A DNA stretch of 63,148 nucleotides, filler included, from Octopus bimaculoides (GCF_001194135.2; 4 parts of 4 records of this genome joined end to end with filler, not necessarily neighbours in it); one strand, 5' to 3'; positions 14,083-29,046 are shown, numbered from the whole stretch's first letter. A program made the numbers and translations. The notes: a model not told the origin generated them from the letters alone.

Positions 14083-15272
14083 TATGAAGGGTTACTACAA
14101 GCCCCTGGGTAAACAAAATTGTAAGTTACCAATATGGTGAGAAATGGTAAAAATTCAATCGCTGCTCGAAGCTAGCAACTATTTTACTTCCGCCGATCAC
14201 AGACAGACCTTAGAGATGGAAATGTCTTTCTTAGCAAGCTTTGGTATAAATGTAATGATATAATCTTGCAAAGTTTCTTTTCCCATGCATTAGACTCTCA
14301 GTCGGAGCTGAACCTGCCTTCGTGAGTCAGAGCTGACTCACGGAATTTTACAGAACTGCTATTCGTCGCTGGATTTAACAAATGTGAATATATCTGTCAT
14401 GCGGCCCAACTACAGATGTCGGAACCACTTTTATTCACTGGTACTTGAATTCTTTCAATTTCACCGACTTTGTAATTAATTGTGAATGGAACAGAATATA
14501 AATTGACACTGATATTTTTATAGACAATCCTGCCAAACTGTTTATTTATTTCAGTGGTGGCCATGATGTATGCTCAGTTTAAAGTCACTCGTTACATAAA
14601 TGCTATCACAAATGTGGATCAAAATGGAAACGCAACGCCAAGAGTTTCCAGCTTGACCTTTCATACTGGATCGTCTTCACATTGTCTTTTATTCATCTAA
14701 ACAACTTGAATTCGGCGTTGCATGTTAACAAAACATTCCTCAATTAGTTTCTATTGTTCATTCTTACAGCATTGGTTGATTGGGAGGTGAACGTCGATGT
14801 AAATCCTGTATACGTCTGATGGTCTGATGCGAAACATCCGACACTGGGACCAATTGTTGTTGTTGTTTTGTCCCAGGTCAACTCTGATCTCACAGGCCTA
14901 TGGTCAAAGACATTCCAGCTACCATACTGTGATCGTTGTTTTGACGTACTCTCCGATGTACTCCTTTATTAAGAGAGCATTATTTTAGTGAAATTTGTCT
15001 GCTATTTCTAGCTTGGCAAGCGGCCACATAGAACCTCCCCCCCCCACTCTCCTCAGACCAGTAATTCTGATGCGTTGTCCAGTAAACCAGTATCGACGCA
15101 ACGTCCGTTCCTAAGACTGGCATTAATACTAACGCTAATACTTCCGGTGTCCTGCAAATAAAGTTGACCTTTCACTGATTTCCTGTCAACAGAAATCTTA
15201 AACTGATTTAAATGAACCAACTAGAAACTACACAAAAGCGATATTAGTAAATACTCGCACACACGCACGCAT

Positions 15273-15305
<33 letters not shown>

Positions 15306-16059
15306 CATACATACACTCCTATATATGTATACGTACACACACATGTACATCTGTACATATCAAGGAAAACAATGCCAGTAACAAGAGCACAAACCAAACT
15401 TTGCCCAGCACAAGTTAAAAAAATACCACAAAATCTCTCCTCTTCCGCCACCTCACCCTTCTCTTCTATTGTTAAATCTTATTTTGTTGCTAGGCATTTC
15501 ACCAACAACAACAACAACAACAACATAACAATGATCGAACGTGACAATAGACGGGGTCAATATAATTAGCTGTAATTAATATACAATTCTTTTGATATCC
15601 AATCAAGACAGCCCGTCGCAAGAGTTGCTCATGTCTCAATATTAAAAGAATTTTGTCGTTTTATGGACGTCAAATATTTATTTATGAAACCTGTCAGTCA
15701 AGGAAACTGTTAAGTAGAGTTTTACAAGTAACAGAGAAAGTATGGCGGCTCTGTTAACGGTGGTGGTGGTTATCGTGGAGATGCTGCTGATGTATTTACT
15801 GATTGCGGTGGTGGAGATGGTGGTGGTGGAAGTTTCAATGTGACGCTATATTATTTTCTATAGGCCACTCAGTCGATGCTAAAAATATTCCAAGTAATTA
15901 TTTTACCAATAATATTAGACATAAGGCAAGATTTTACATTTACAGCCATTAAACTTTACACACAATGCCAAGTTGCCACAAATTTAATTTTTCTTTTTCT
16001 TCCTCCTTCTCCATCTCCTCCAACTACTACTACTCATTATTATTATTATTATCCTCATC

Positions 16060-16490
16060 ATTATTATTGAGTGAGAGCAGTGCATGCCATCAAAGTGACT
16101 CTGGGGTAAAATATACGAAGCCCGGCATACCCATCATGACTACCCGCCTGATAAGGGTACACCAGGCACATGCATCACAACCATATGTGCGCGACATGGT
16201 GATCTCATATCAAGACAAACAGCACATGACCATGCAGGTGGGGGCCCAGTTAGAATTTTCTTCAGGTCGAGTAGCCGATTGCACTCAAAAGGTTCCTGAA
16301 TAAGGTTTGTTTAAAGATGTTGAGCAAAACACCCATGTTTCCAAAGGTGAATTATTCAAACCCAAAGAACTCCTCTCAACACATGGCTATGATGCTCTCC
16401 CACTACTTCTACTCGTGATCAAAGATGCACATATCGTCTGCCACCAAGGGACATGCTCACTTGGTTAAGGTCGAACAACTGATATCATTA
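16060..16490 (-). repeat. Unclassified retroposon-like repeat with (AAT)n tail
   Basis: Higher-GC block ending on the minus strand in ctctctcactcaataataataat; no coding motif recognised. Confidence 0.45.
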
Positions 16491-16504
16491 TTATTATTGT
16501 TTCA

Positions 16505-17410
16505 CTTTCCAGAACACTCGGTCTTGTTCGCTCTGGTAGACACGAACGTGCTGTCAGACGGACTTTCCGAGGTGCACGGAGAGTGACGAAACCGTTTTGC
16601 ACGCCCTCATTCAGTGTCCGAGCACTGCTGACTTGTGGGGTTATGTTGAACAGCTGCTGTCACGTGTGGGAGGATCCGTCTGTCGGCCGAGTCTGTAGTG
16701 ATGATTGTCCTACCACCCTTCTTCAACCGGGAAGGCAAGGGCAGTTTCCCTTTGCCTGGTGGTTGTGGCGAAAGAGGTTGTTTGGCAGACAAGGCTGAAA
16801 GGCATGAGGACAGAAAACCTTCCACTTTGGTAGAGCTCTCATTGACTTCTTCATGTTTCACTTGAAAGGGAAATTGAGAGTGGAGAGGGAAGTACTGTCC
16901 CCGGGTGAGTTTATTGAAAGGTGGGTGAAAGTTGCAAAAATGCAAGAATGGATGGTACCTCTCTAAGTGTAGACCTGTAAGTCGGAGAGAAGGAATTGGA
17001 GAGGGCACTTGCTCATAGGGTTTCAGGGAAATCTCGGACAGTGGCGTCCCTCTATTATCCCTACAGGCGTTCCTGTATCAGGAGGGCCACATCTCTATCA
17101 TGCTCCACACTCATTTTTAACCTTTGTATGCCGTGCATATGTTCCTTCTTTTCCAATGTATACCGTGCATACTTTTCATTTTTTTTAATGATTTCATTAT
17201 TATATACAAACCCCCACACTTTATGTCTGTCTCTGTATTGTCCCCCTCAACTTTCGCCCTTCTGGCAAATAAATGAAATCATTGCTATTATTTACATTAT
17301 CATCTTTCAACTTCTTCCATTTCTTGCCGTGTCTTCCTGACACTTAGGGCAGAGAAACGCACTGTATACATTGGTAAGCCATTAAAATAAATATACCAAG
17401 TTGTTCATTT
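16505..17410 (+). mobile_element. Tx1/L1-clade retrotransposon 3' end
   Basis: PRCTESDETVLHALIQCPSTADLWGYV (CCHC remnant) and FFMFHLKGKLRVEREVLSPGEFIERW, then a 3'UTR-like stretch. Confidence 0.7.
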
Positions 17411-19182
17411 ACAAAGTCATGTGATAGAGAAAAAGGAAAAAATAAAAAAGTAAACAAATAAAATAAAAAGAAAAAAAAGGAAAGAATATTCCCAGCGACA
17501 ATGCTCTTCTCGGTACGTGTGACGTAGCAATCAAGACAATCTTTCGCACTTGCTGCATGGATGGTAAGCTAGGGATCATTCTTAAATAATTTTCAGTTCC
17601 CCACCTTTTTTTGGTCATTCCAAGTGCTCCTTATATTATTATTATTATTATCGTTATTATTGTTGTTATTATTATTAATCCTTATAAATCCCGACAACAC
17701 CAGCTTCGATTTCCACCCTCTTCAGGATCGATAAAATGAAGTACCTGTAAAGTACTTGGGTCTATATCATTGATTAGCCCCCCCCCCNNNNNNNNNNCCA
17801 AGCACAAAAGCATTATTATTTTAAGCAATGTAAACCTCAGTAGCTGCTCCACGAACTGAGGTTCAAAAGCATCGAGGTCACATTTCACGACTGTCGTACA
17901 TTGAAAGGCATCGTTGCTTCTCAATTAATAATAACCTGTAATAACACAGTCAGTCCGGTTCTGGAGCAGAGAAATACAATATTCTGATGTTGCGGGTCTA
18001 TGACGAGGACACAGAGGAGAACGGTGACGGTTACGAGTTTTAGTAACGGAATAGATTTGTATTTATGTTGATATAAGAAATATCCTGCTGTCCACTTGGT
18101 GACTTTTGATATCAAGTGTTGCACGTCACGTGCACAGATGAGCAAGTGATACACTGGTACAAGGATATCTTTCTTACTACTGTGGTAGCAACATAACTCG
18201 GAGTTTCAGTGCGCAGCACTTTGTGCACTCTTTGTAGTGTATAATTGTTGCACTAGCATGATCCGTGTACTGCAAGAAATTCACAGACATTTATGGCAGG
18301 AAACTCCAATTTCAGAAACTGCCTCAAACCCGATGTTTCCTTTAGACTAATTATGGCAGACAACTTTTCTTTACAAACCTGTTATATTGAAAACATGTCT
18401 TTCGTATTAATGTTTTTTTTCACATTTCCCTATTAGTTGTTTGTGTTTAGTTTGATCTAAACATCTTTAAAACACCGTCGATCCTTCAATACCTTCTGTT
18501 TACCCCCTGCACGTCGGGGGCGTTGCTATTAGCAATATTGTTATTATCGCCATTTTAAAGGGACAGCAACATAACATCATGGGAATAGCTTTGCAGAAAA
18601 CCATTTCTGTCTCTTTTTTACTTATAGAAATCAATAACCAATTATTGATTACTAAAAATATCTTGGAGTTAATGGTATACAAACATACTCACACATACTC
18701 AGAGAGACAGACAGAAGCACACACACACGCACGCACGCGCGCACACACACACACACACACAGTGTAAATTCAATGAACAAGAAAAGACAACAACACAACA
18801 TACTTTATTAGCTTTATGCTTCAAGAGAAAGAAAATTATTTAACTTTTCGGATATTAGTCTTTCCTCAGAAGAATCAAAAGGGCGTCGATAGAGTGACAC
18901 GTATATGACCGACCACATACACACATTGAGCCTGGACACTCACCCATAAATTTTTAGTCAAATTAGTGTATAGATATTTAACTTTTTAATATTTGTAAAC
19001 AAACCCGGAGTCTTGATGTATATGTATATATATATATATATATATCAAGTATGGGGGGTTTAGTTCACAGGTGATCTAAACGATTAAGTACGCTAGGTAA
19101 GTGGTGTAACGGATTACAGAGGCTCCAATGTTATAACCGAGACGATAGTTATGGAGCCATTGCAGATTTCCGATGCAGCGGA

Positions 19183-19512
19183 TATATTATTGTTAAACAG
19201 GACACCAAACATTAAGGCGAGGCAAACATCTCAACTCATAAACAATACTATTACAGGAATGAATTCAAAATCTTACAGCTGTTTCTGGGATATCCCCGAG
19301 TATGAGATACTTCGTCATCAGAGAAAAATTGGGGGGGGGGTATGGAAAATGAGATTAGTTCTCCCAATTTGTCTCTGATGATGGAGTATCCCATACTCAG
19401 GGATATTCCAGAAACAGCTGTAAGATTTTGAATATCTTCCTATAATAATATTGTATATGAGTTGAGATGTTTGCTTCGCCTTAATGTTTAACGACCTATT
19501 TAACAATTATAT
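19183..19512. mobile_element. Foldback/MITE-like element, ~150-bp inverted arms
   Basis: Arm 19183-19333 is the reverse complement of 19363-19512 with scattered mismatches; ~30-nt loop. Confidence 0.8.
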
Positions 19513-20006
19513 ATATATGTGTGTGTGTGTGTGTNNNNNNNNNNNNNNNNNNNNNNNNNNNNNNNNNNNNNNNNNNNNNNNNNNNNNNNNNNNNNNNNNN
19601 NNNNNNNNNNNNNNNNNNNNNNNNNNNNNNNNNNNNNNNNNNNNNNNNNNNNNNNNNNNNNNNNNNNNNNNNNNNNNNNNNNNNNNNNNNNNNNNNNNNN
19701 NNNNNNNNNNNNNNNNNNNNNNNNNNNNNNNNNNNNNNNNNNNNNNNNNNNNNNNNNNNNNNNNNNNNNNNNNNNNNNNNNNNNNNNNNNNNNNNNNNNN
19801 NNNNNNNNNNNNNNNNNNNNNNNNNNNNNNNNNNNNNNNNNNNNNNNNNNNNNNNNNNNNNNNNNNNNNNNNNNNNNNNNNNNNNNNNNNNNNNNNNNNN
19901 NNNNNNNNNNNNNNNNNNNNNNNNNNNNNNNNNNNNNNNNNNNNNNNNNNNNNNNNNNNNNNNNNNNNNNNNNNNNNNNNNNNNNNNNNNNNNNNNNNNN
20001 NNNNNN

Positions 20007-20062
<56 letters not shown>

Positions 20063-21012
20063 CATAATAATCATACAAAGTATGAAGAATTATACTGTTT
20101 CATAACTTTATTCCTTTACATATTTGAAATGGCTTGAGTAACTGTATCCGAATCATAGAATGGTTTGTTAGCAGAATAATAGTTCAATTGATTATTCAGT
20201 TAATCAATTAATTAGCGGAACAGTCATCCCTCAATCGTTCCCACTGGGAGCATCAAAGTAATTCCGTTCTTTTTCTTTCTTTGTTTTTTGAAAACTACCA
20301 AAAAGTTTGCGGAAGAGGGATTGTAGATAACGGACATATATCAAATGACGTTGTCTCGTCTATTATCTTCATGCCCAGTTCACAGTTCTGGGAGTTTAAG
20401 TCGCCATCAAATGTTACTTTAGGCTAGTGTAAGAAAAACAGTCAGGAAAAATAATTGCTATTCAATATCTCTCTACTTAATGGCGAGTCAGAGGCGGAGA
20501 AGAGCGCAGAGTGAAGTAGAGGAATCAGGAGAGAAAAGTCAACTAAGTGCGAAGTGACATTTTGTAGAGAAATATCAGGTTAACAACCGTTAAAGTGAAT
20601 TCAATTAAATAAATTTGATTAAATAAAGATTAAAACGAGTTACGTTTGATGTAATAATTAAGGAACCGGATTCAAATTTAAAAATTAGTTAGAAGAGTGC
20701 TTATTATATTGCAATATTACATTAATTTAGAAAGAAGAGGAAGAGTCATTAATATTGCAACTTAGATACAGAGTTTATCTATTCATACCCGAAGTAAAGT
20801 GAGATTTTCACGTGGAAATTTGAAGAATGTTTTGCTAAATAAATGAGAATAACGATTCAATAATTCATTAGGTTCGTTAATAAGATTCGAGTTACATTTG
20901 AGTAAATGCCTCCACAAGACATCTCTCGTGGCCCCCATTGTATGATAGAGTTCGACCTAGGATTGACCACGAACAAAGTTGTCTCACTTTCTCTCTCTCT
21001 CGCTACCTATAT

Positions 21013-21065
<53 letters not shown>

Positions 21066-22072
21066 GCTAAACTGGCAATATGACCATCCCCAAGTACAAC
21101 AACATCTGTTTCAACACACGATTTCACATCAAAAATCTTGCAAAACAAATATATGTGTGTGTGTGTGTGTGAATATATGTGGAGGTATTATATATGTTCT
21201 TTGTAGTTTAGACAGAAAGATTCAGCTCCCATTACTATAGCGGCACTTCCCATATGATAAGACTGTAGCAGTGAAACTTCAAGGCTTAAACCTACATCTT
21301 TGCAAATTGATGTACTACAGGAAAAGAGGAGAAAAAGGGAATTTCAGAAGGCTAAAGAAAAGCGGAGCGTCCGCCTTGATAGTGTTGCACATGCATTCAT
21401 GCATACATGCAGTAATACAAACTTGTTTATAATATTCTCTCACTCTTCCTCTCTGATTCGTGCTCTATATCTGCGCAACTTTTTCTCGGGCAGCTTGTAA
21501 CCGTGTTTCTTGCGAATCCAGAGTTTAAGGTAAATTAACCCTTATAAGCTAATATCAATTTTTTAAGCGAGCAGACGACAAATAATTACACTTCTGCATT
21601 AAGCGATGGTCGCTAGAAAAAAATAGTTCAATGAAAGAAAATACCTTTCACTATCAACACACCACCACCACCACCACTACTACCATCACCATTGCTATAT
21701 GCCTCTCCCTCTCTCTCAGTATAACTGCCTCCCCTGTCCATTTCTTTATCTCCCTTTCCCTTCAGCTAACTTTTAACCACGTAATCTTTGACCCAGCCAC
21801 GGTACATCGATGACACTTCACTCCCCCCTCTCTCCCTCTCTAACTAATATATTACGGGCGAATGACCACCCAGATTATTATGTAGATATCAGTATGTATA
21901 TATACCTTCGCACACAACTGAGAGCGAAATTTGTGGTGTTAAGACGTTCGTTAAATGATTACTCGTTTAACACATCCTCTGTCGCTAATGGACAACGTTC
22001 CAGGATTTCTTTAGTGTGTTACGTTTCCATATATCTATATATCTAAAAGTTTTTAGATATATACAAGTCTGC

Positions 22073-22125
<53 letters not shown>

Positions 22126-23214
22126 CACATATACATATACACATATATATACATATACACACACACAAATTCTACTGTCTTCCTTCCTTCTGAAATAACA
22201 TCTGATATCAAGCGTATTCTCTACTGGGAGCCTGCCTATGAAATCTTTACATTGCAGCCTGTATGATAATGGCAATCGTAAATTCACATTTCTGAAGCTG
22301 GCTGACACACACACACACACACACACACACAGGTAAATAGACAGATATAGCTATAAATGTAGACAGATAAATATAAAGATATATATATATAATGGTATTT
22401 ATGATGCATAGATAAGAATGAACTTTTTGTACAAGATAATAATTATACAAAATACGCTAAAAAAATGACTAATTTAGAAAGGACAAGGGTAAAATATTTG
22501 CCGTATGAATTGAAAGCATTTTAATTTTTCTCCGTGTATCTTTAAGATATAGCATCTAAGTAGACTGAAAAAAAATAAATATACATGTACAGCATTTTAA
22601 AGGTTGAAAAGGAAAGAGAAGAGAAAGGAATTCTAATACATAGTAATGAAAAACGAGAAAGTATAACCTCTTTCTCAGCAGAACGGAATATGAATAGGTA
22701 GAAGGCCTGTTAGTCAATATGGAAGTAAAATAACAATAGTTGGGAAGTTGAGAAGTGAAAGCATAAACAGAAGACGTCAGTGATCGGTTGCTAAAGAAAT
22801 AAAAATAATAAAGAAGGCAAATGGTTATGTCAGAATGTGCAGTAAATATCAGGAGACAATAGATCACATCAGTTCTGTCTATTTGTCTCTATTGTAGCAA
22901 AACTTGGATATATATATATATTCGCAATATATTCACAGGCAAGAAGCAGAAGGTAGGTGGGCAATGGTTCAACTGCTTGAAACCAGGACAGAAAATCAAT
23001 GCCATACATAAACACATCGCCGCAAAAATCTGTGAATGGAAATGGCAGCGCAATAAAACTCTGCGAAAAACCGGTTTGGAATGACAAATAAAGCAATGCT
23101 GGTCGCTGTAACCTTTGCACTTTAAGAAACATCTCGATCCATTCCAACCACAATTTCTCAATAACAATTCTTGATATTGAAATATAATGTGAATTAGTAA
23201 AAAAAAAAAAAAAA

Positions 23215-23318
23215 AAGTCGACCTCGGCAGAATTCGAACTCAGAACGTAAAGACGGGCGAAATACCGCTAAGCATTCCGTCCGGCACGCTGACGATTCTG
23301 CCACGCCAGCTCGACGCC

Positions 23319-23350
<32 letters not shown>

Positions 23351-23565
23351 CCTTTCTCCTATAGGCACAAGGACTGGAATTCTGGGGGAGGGGGCAAGTC
23401 GATTACATCGATCCCAGTGTTTCATTTGTACTTAATTGTTCGACCTCGAAAGGAAGAAAAACCAAATCGAGCTCGGCGGAATTTGAACTCAGAACGTAAA
23501 GACAGACAAAATCCCACTAAGCATTTCGCCCGCCGTGCTAACGATTCTGCCAGCTCACCACCTTA
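23215..23565 (-). mobile_element. Two tandem SINE copies (ggcggcgagctggcagaa family) separated by (AAT)n
   Basis: Partial 23215-23320 and full 23348-23565, reverse complements of the 13631 copy. Confidence 0.85.
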
Positions 23566-24103
23566 ATAAATGATAATAATAATAATAATAATAATAATAA
23601 AGACACTTCATCTAAATTGTATGGTGAGCAGAATTGAATTGTAAACCATTGAAAGTTGGTCGGTTCTGCTGTTTACCATAACAATAGACAATATCCTTTT
23701 ACACTCACATCTGCTTTCATTGCAATTTTTCAATCAATGCTAATATCTTTTTCAGTTTCTTCCAAAGAAAGACGAATATTCTCGCACATGTGACACTAAC
23801 AGCTACAATGAAGCATCTATTATAGTTACGACTTTCCTCAACTCTATAACACACACACGCGCAAACAAACGCGCGTGTGCACACACGAACACACACACGG
23901 AATTCGTGTATAGGTATATGATAGAAAAATGTGAGTTTACATATGCATATATGTACGAATATATATATATATATATATATAAGCACGTATATATATGTTT
24001 CTGTACCTATGAATTTATATACAGGCACACACGCATACACGTGATTGCACATACTATATAAGAGGTGTAAACTAATAAAGGTGAGGTTACATACTAAGAT
24101 ATA

Positions 24104-24136
<33 letters not shown>

Positions 24137-24138
<2 letters not shown>

Positions 24139-24969
24139 AATCCTCGTGTATAGTCCGCCCTTGAGTATAATACGCAGGGGATTTTTGGGGGCTGTACCTC
24201 TGAAAAATCTAAACTTTGTGTATAATACGCACCCCTTCTCTAACTCGAGTCAAGGAGGTCTATATAACGTCCTTGGTTTGTAAACATATATACGGTAACG
24301 TCCTTTATTATTATTGTATATATAACATAATGCAAACCTGTAGCTTTTTTGTGCACTTTGTTTGCAGAAAATAAAGAAATAACAGTAATAACATCNNNNN
24401 NNNNNNNNNNNNNNNNNNNNNNNNNNNNNNNNNNNNNNNNNNNNNNNNNNNNNNNNNNNNNNNNNNNNNNNNNNNNNNNNNNNNNNNNNNNNNNNNNNNN
24501 NNNNNNNNNNNNNNNNNNNNNNNNNNNNNNNNNNNNNNNNNNNNNNNNNNNNNNNNNNNNNNNNNNNNNNNNNNNNNNNNNNNNNNNNNNNNNNNNNNNN
24601 NNNNCCGCGCATGCGTAATACAATAATGGTGATGTTCTTAACTGTTATATGGGAGTGTAAATATGTCTTCAAATTGTTTTTTTTTTATATATTAATCTGT
24701 GTTCTGAATACTTTTATTTTAATAAATGTTGCTTACTGCAAGTTATGGATGATTCTTTTATGACTTCATTGCCTTCAGGCTTAGCTTAAGGTATTTTCGC
24801 GCCCGACATCACAAAATGCGTCTGAATAAACATTGCCGGACAGCAAATAGGGACTGGGACATTGCTTAGAAAATATTTTTCATTTTTAACCTCGTATATA
24901 GTACGCACTAGGAATTTTGACCTTTAAATTTGCGGAAAAAATGCGGATTATATTCGAGGATTTACGGTA
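24137..24969. mobile_element. Non-autonomous pogo/Tc2-like DNA transposon
   Basis: Left taaatcctcgtgtatagtccgc, right gcggattatattcgaggatttacggta, TA flanks, subterminal gtataatacgca repeats; internal gap. Confidence 0.7.
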
Positions 24970-25852
24970 TATATAAAGAAGCATTAGTTATAGAACATAC
25001 ATTAATTCTGGGTCAACGACTTTACATACAACACCACCCGTCAAACATTTAATCATATATAAAAATCACCATGGTCTACAAACACATAAAAAATAATACA
25101 TAAACATAAAATCACAGAATGTAAAAATATATCCTAATAAAATTCAAACGGAACGGTTTATCAAAAGTTACATGTAACGACAAAAAATTCAAAACTATGA
25201 AAAGCCTACTGGACAAATATAAAATAAAGATAAAATAAAATAAGTGTCCACCAACTAAAAAGATTTTATCTCACGATTAAAATTGATTTTTTTTAAATTT
25301 GGAAAATTTTTTTTTTTTAATATTTGAAAAAGTCTTTTACCTCTCTGACACAGGTACGTCCAAAGTTCCTAAGTAAACAGAGTTCCACAGGTCAAATTCA
25401 CATACATCTTGAAAAAAGTCCTTTACTCCCTTCACACAAGTACGTTCAAAGTTCACAATAAACAGATANNNNNNNNNNNNNNNNNNNNNNNNNNNNNNNN
25501 NNNNNNNNNNNNNNNNNNNNNNNNNNNNNNNNNNNNNNNNNNNNNNAAACATACGCAGAAAAAAGTTTTTTTGAAAACCTTACAACTTTTAATGAAAAGC
25601 TTATATAATTTAAGAAGAACCCATTAGCGGACCAGTCCAAATTTCCTATAGAAAAAACAAATTCCATTTGCTAAACACTCAGGTGGCTGTTAACAGAAAT
25701 TCAGCCTTGCCCGTTTCAAATCCCCGTAACGCTAAACAATTTTATTACATTTCTTTTTATTTCTATATACTTTCAAAAAGGCGGACGAAAACCTATAGTT
25801 GCAAAAAGGGATCACCTCAGTAAATCGATTTAAAGTTTTAGGCCCAAAAGAC

Positions 25853-26209
25853 TTAAGGATTGCAAAGGATTCCTTTACACACACACAACTTACACTTATT
25901 CATATTTACTCTGAAGTAAGGGTTTCTCGAAATAACGGACCATTCCAGAGAATAACTCTTATTCTTCTTCTTTAGATCGTGTAAATAAAATGCGAGTGCG
26001 GTAGAGCTGCAGTATTTTTCGTTTGCGAACGAGCTCATGTGGTCCCTATACCTAACCGTAAAATTTACTGTAATACCTATATAAAACTTATTTAAATTAT
26101 ACTTATCCTTAACAACGCATTTATATACATTGGTAATTAAAGAGAACCCATCAAGGGTTTCTACAAGTACATGATTCCCCAGGGCCATCCGTAACCTTAT
26201 TTCTACCAC
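25853..26209 (-). mobile_element. Penelope-like element, GIY-YIG fragment
   Basis: VYKCVV...FYIGITVNFTVRYRDHMSSFANEKY...LEWSVI...CKLC. Confidence 0.8.
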
Positions 26210-26451
26210 TAACAGTAGTTATATTCTGTGATTTTATGTATACGTATTATTTTTTATGTATTTGTATACTATGGTGTTTTTTTTTATATATATGATTTGA
26301 GCGTTGGTGTTGTATGTAAAGTCGTTGACCCAAACTTAATGTTTGTTCTATAGCCAATGCTTCCTTATCTGCGTCTCATTTATATTTGAGCACTTCTTTT
26401 GCAGTCTTATAAACCCTTTTGTTTTTATTAGAAGAGGCAAGTATTATTTCT

Positions 26452-26487
<36 letters not shown>

Positions 26488-27394
26488 CATACACATACAA
26501 AGTATGGGGGTTTAGTTCACAGGTGATCTAAACGATTAGGTACTAGTTAAGTGATGTAACAGATTAACGGGGCTCCACGTTTATAGCCGAGACGGTAGTG
26601 ATGGAGCCATTGCAGATGTATGTAAGTATGTATGTATATATGTATATATGTATGTATGTGGCTCTTGTAAGAAGCTTGCATCCCAGACACACGCTTCCGC
26701 GTTCAGTCCCACTGCGTAAAACGAGTAAAAGAAAAAGAATAAAAGAATATATATATNNNNNNNNNNNNNNNNNNNNNNNNNNNNNNNNNNNNNNNNNNNN
26801 NNNNNNNNNNNNNNNNNNNNNNNNNNNNNNNNNNNNNNNNNNNNNNNNNNNNNNNNNNNNNNNNNNNNNNNNNNNNNNNNNNNNNNNNNNNNNNNNNNNN
26901 NNNNNNNNNNNNNNNNNNNNNNNNNNNNNNNNNNNNNNNNNNNNNNNNNNNNNNNNNNNNNNNNNNNNNNNNNNNNNNNNNNNNNNNNNNNNNNNNNNNN
27001 NNNNNNNNNNNNNNNNNNNNNNNNNNNNNNNNNNNNNNNNNNNNNNNNNNNNNNNNNNNNNNNNNNNNNNNNNNNNNNNNNNNNNNNNNNNNNNNNNNNN
27101 NNNNNNNNNNNNNNNNNNNNNNNNNNNNNNNNNNNNNNNNNNNNNNNNNNNNNNNNNNNNNNNNNNNNNNNNNNNNNNNNNNNNNNNNNNNNNNNNNNNN
27201 NNNNNNNNNNNNNNNNNNNNNNNNNNNNNNNNNNNNNNNNNNNNNNNNNNNNNNNNNNNNNNNNNNNNNNNNNNNNNNNNNNNNNNNNNNNNNNNNNNNN
27301 NNNNNNNNNNNNNNNNNNNNNNNNNNNNNNNNNNNNNNNNNNNNNNNNNNNNNNNNNNNNNNNNNNNNNNNNNNNNNNNNNNNNNNNNNNNNNN

Positions 27395-27426
<32 letters not shown>

Positions 27427-27609
27427 CTTAAACAGGAATACTATTGACAGTCAGTTCGAAATATCGGACTGCTGACCGAAACTTCGAAGTTGCTATCAAT
27501 ACTATTCTTGTTAAAAAATAATAAATTTATACTTTACAAAAGTAAAGAGTAACTCATTAAAATGATATAAAATTGTTTTTATCATAACTGAACATAAAAA
27601 CAAACATTA

Positions 27610-27802
<193 letters not shown>

Positions 27803-29014
27803 CATATAAGCATACTGTTCATCACGGTTTATAATGTAATTACGGCAATATAATTAATTACCGTCCTGTTAAGTTACATTAAAGGAGAAAATAAAGATCT
27901 GAAACGATCTTAATTAAAATCCACAGATCATTATTGGCTGATTCCGCAATTATTTGTTCGATCTCTTTATGTTTGTGTCAAGAACGATGTTCATTTAATG
28001 GTGGCACACACGACGCTTCGTGGCGATGACAGCAGGAATGCGAGATCACGTACGGTCTCATCTTCTGACTAATGAGTCTTAAAGAATTGTTGGTGTGTTC
28101 TCAGGCGAATCCTGACGTTTAGTTAGAGCTTTACCTTTTAATTGTTTTATTTACGGAACTGCAGCCATGAAAAGAAGTTGTAGATCTCAAATGTTTTCAA
28201 CTTATACTCCGAAATCTTTACCGGGGAGGGGGGGGGAGGGTAAAGAGAGTGGAGTGGCTATTGGAGAAATGCATGTNNNNNNNNNNNNNNNNNNNNNNNN
28301 NNNNNNNNNNNNNNNNNNNNTTAATTAATTAANNNNNNNNNNNNNNNNNNNNNNNNNNNNNNNNNNNNNNNNNNNNTATATATATACATATACATATATA
28401 TATATATCTTTATACCTCTGTGTATGATGGGGTGTAGACGTATTTGTACATTAAGAGGGGAAAGCAAAAGGTTGGAGGGTGGGAAGTGAAAGGAAGCAAG
28501 GAAAGAAAAAACAAAAAAAAAAAGTGAATGCGCGACCACACAGAACATGCCTGAAGCCAAATGAGAACATCTCACATTTGATGCCAAATTTATCAGGTGG
28601 AACACCTGAAAGTTTGTGTTGCAATCACACTGGCAGATCGATGATGACCACTAAGCAGCCAGCCAAGCAGTTACTTTGCTAAACTGAAGCTGACACCTAC
28701 TGTGGCATCATTTTGGCAACCAGCTTTTCATAGCAGGCATAGATCTATCATGTCATGAGATTTAATCTCTTTGTATTGGTTTGTTTTGTTTTCTTTCCCC
28801 GTTTCCTATAATAATTATTGTCGTCGTCATCATCATCATCAACTTCAGTTTTAATATGTAAGATTTTATTTCCAGTTTTCGTTGTTTTGTTTTGTTTTGT
28901 ATTGCATTTATCTCATCACACAGCATTGATTGGATGTTTCTGCAGCTTTGTACATTAGCACTCCTTTTCAATCCTGTGAGGCATAGCATTCTCAGATCTA
29001 ACCTGAACACTTCT

Positions 29015-29046
<32 letters not shown>

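Noticed and set aside
17921-18290. Cys-containing stretch after a minus-strand acceptor-like site
   Set aside because: All frames interrupted, no motif recognised, only weak similarity to 1445-1900.
19484-20137. Long ORFs rich in X, YI, CV, HT (here and throughout)
   Set aside because: Translations of N gaps and microsatellites.
27435-27500. Hammerhead-like gtcag/ctgac-cgaaac
   Set aside because: Core degraded (ctattga) and stem I does not form. Same for 18857-18890 and 4975-5015.
28321-28332. TTAATTAATTAA between N runs (also 34612-34623, 40499-40510)
   Set aside because: Identical all-frame stop linker inside gaps, once splitting a SINE; assembly artefact.
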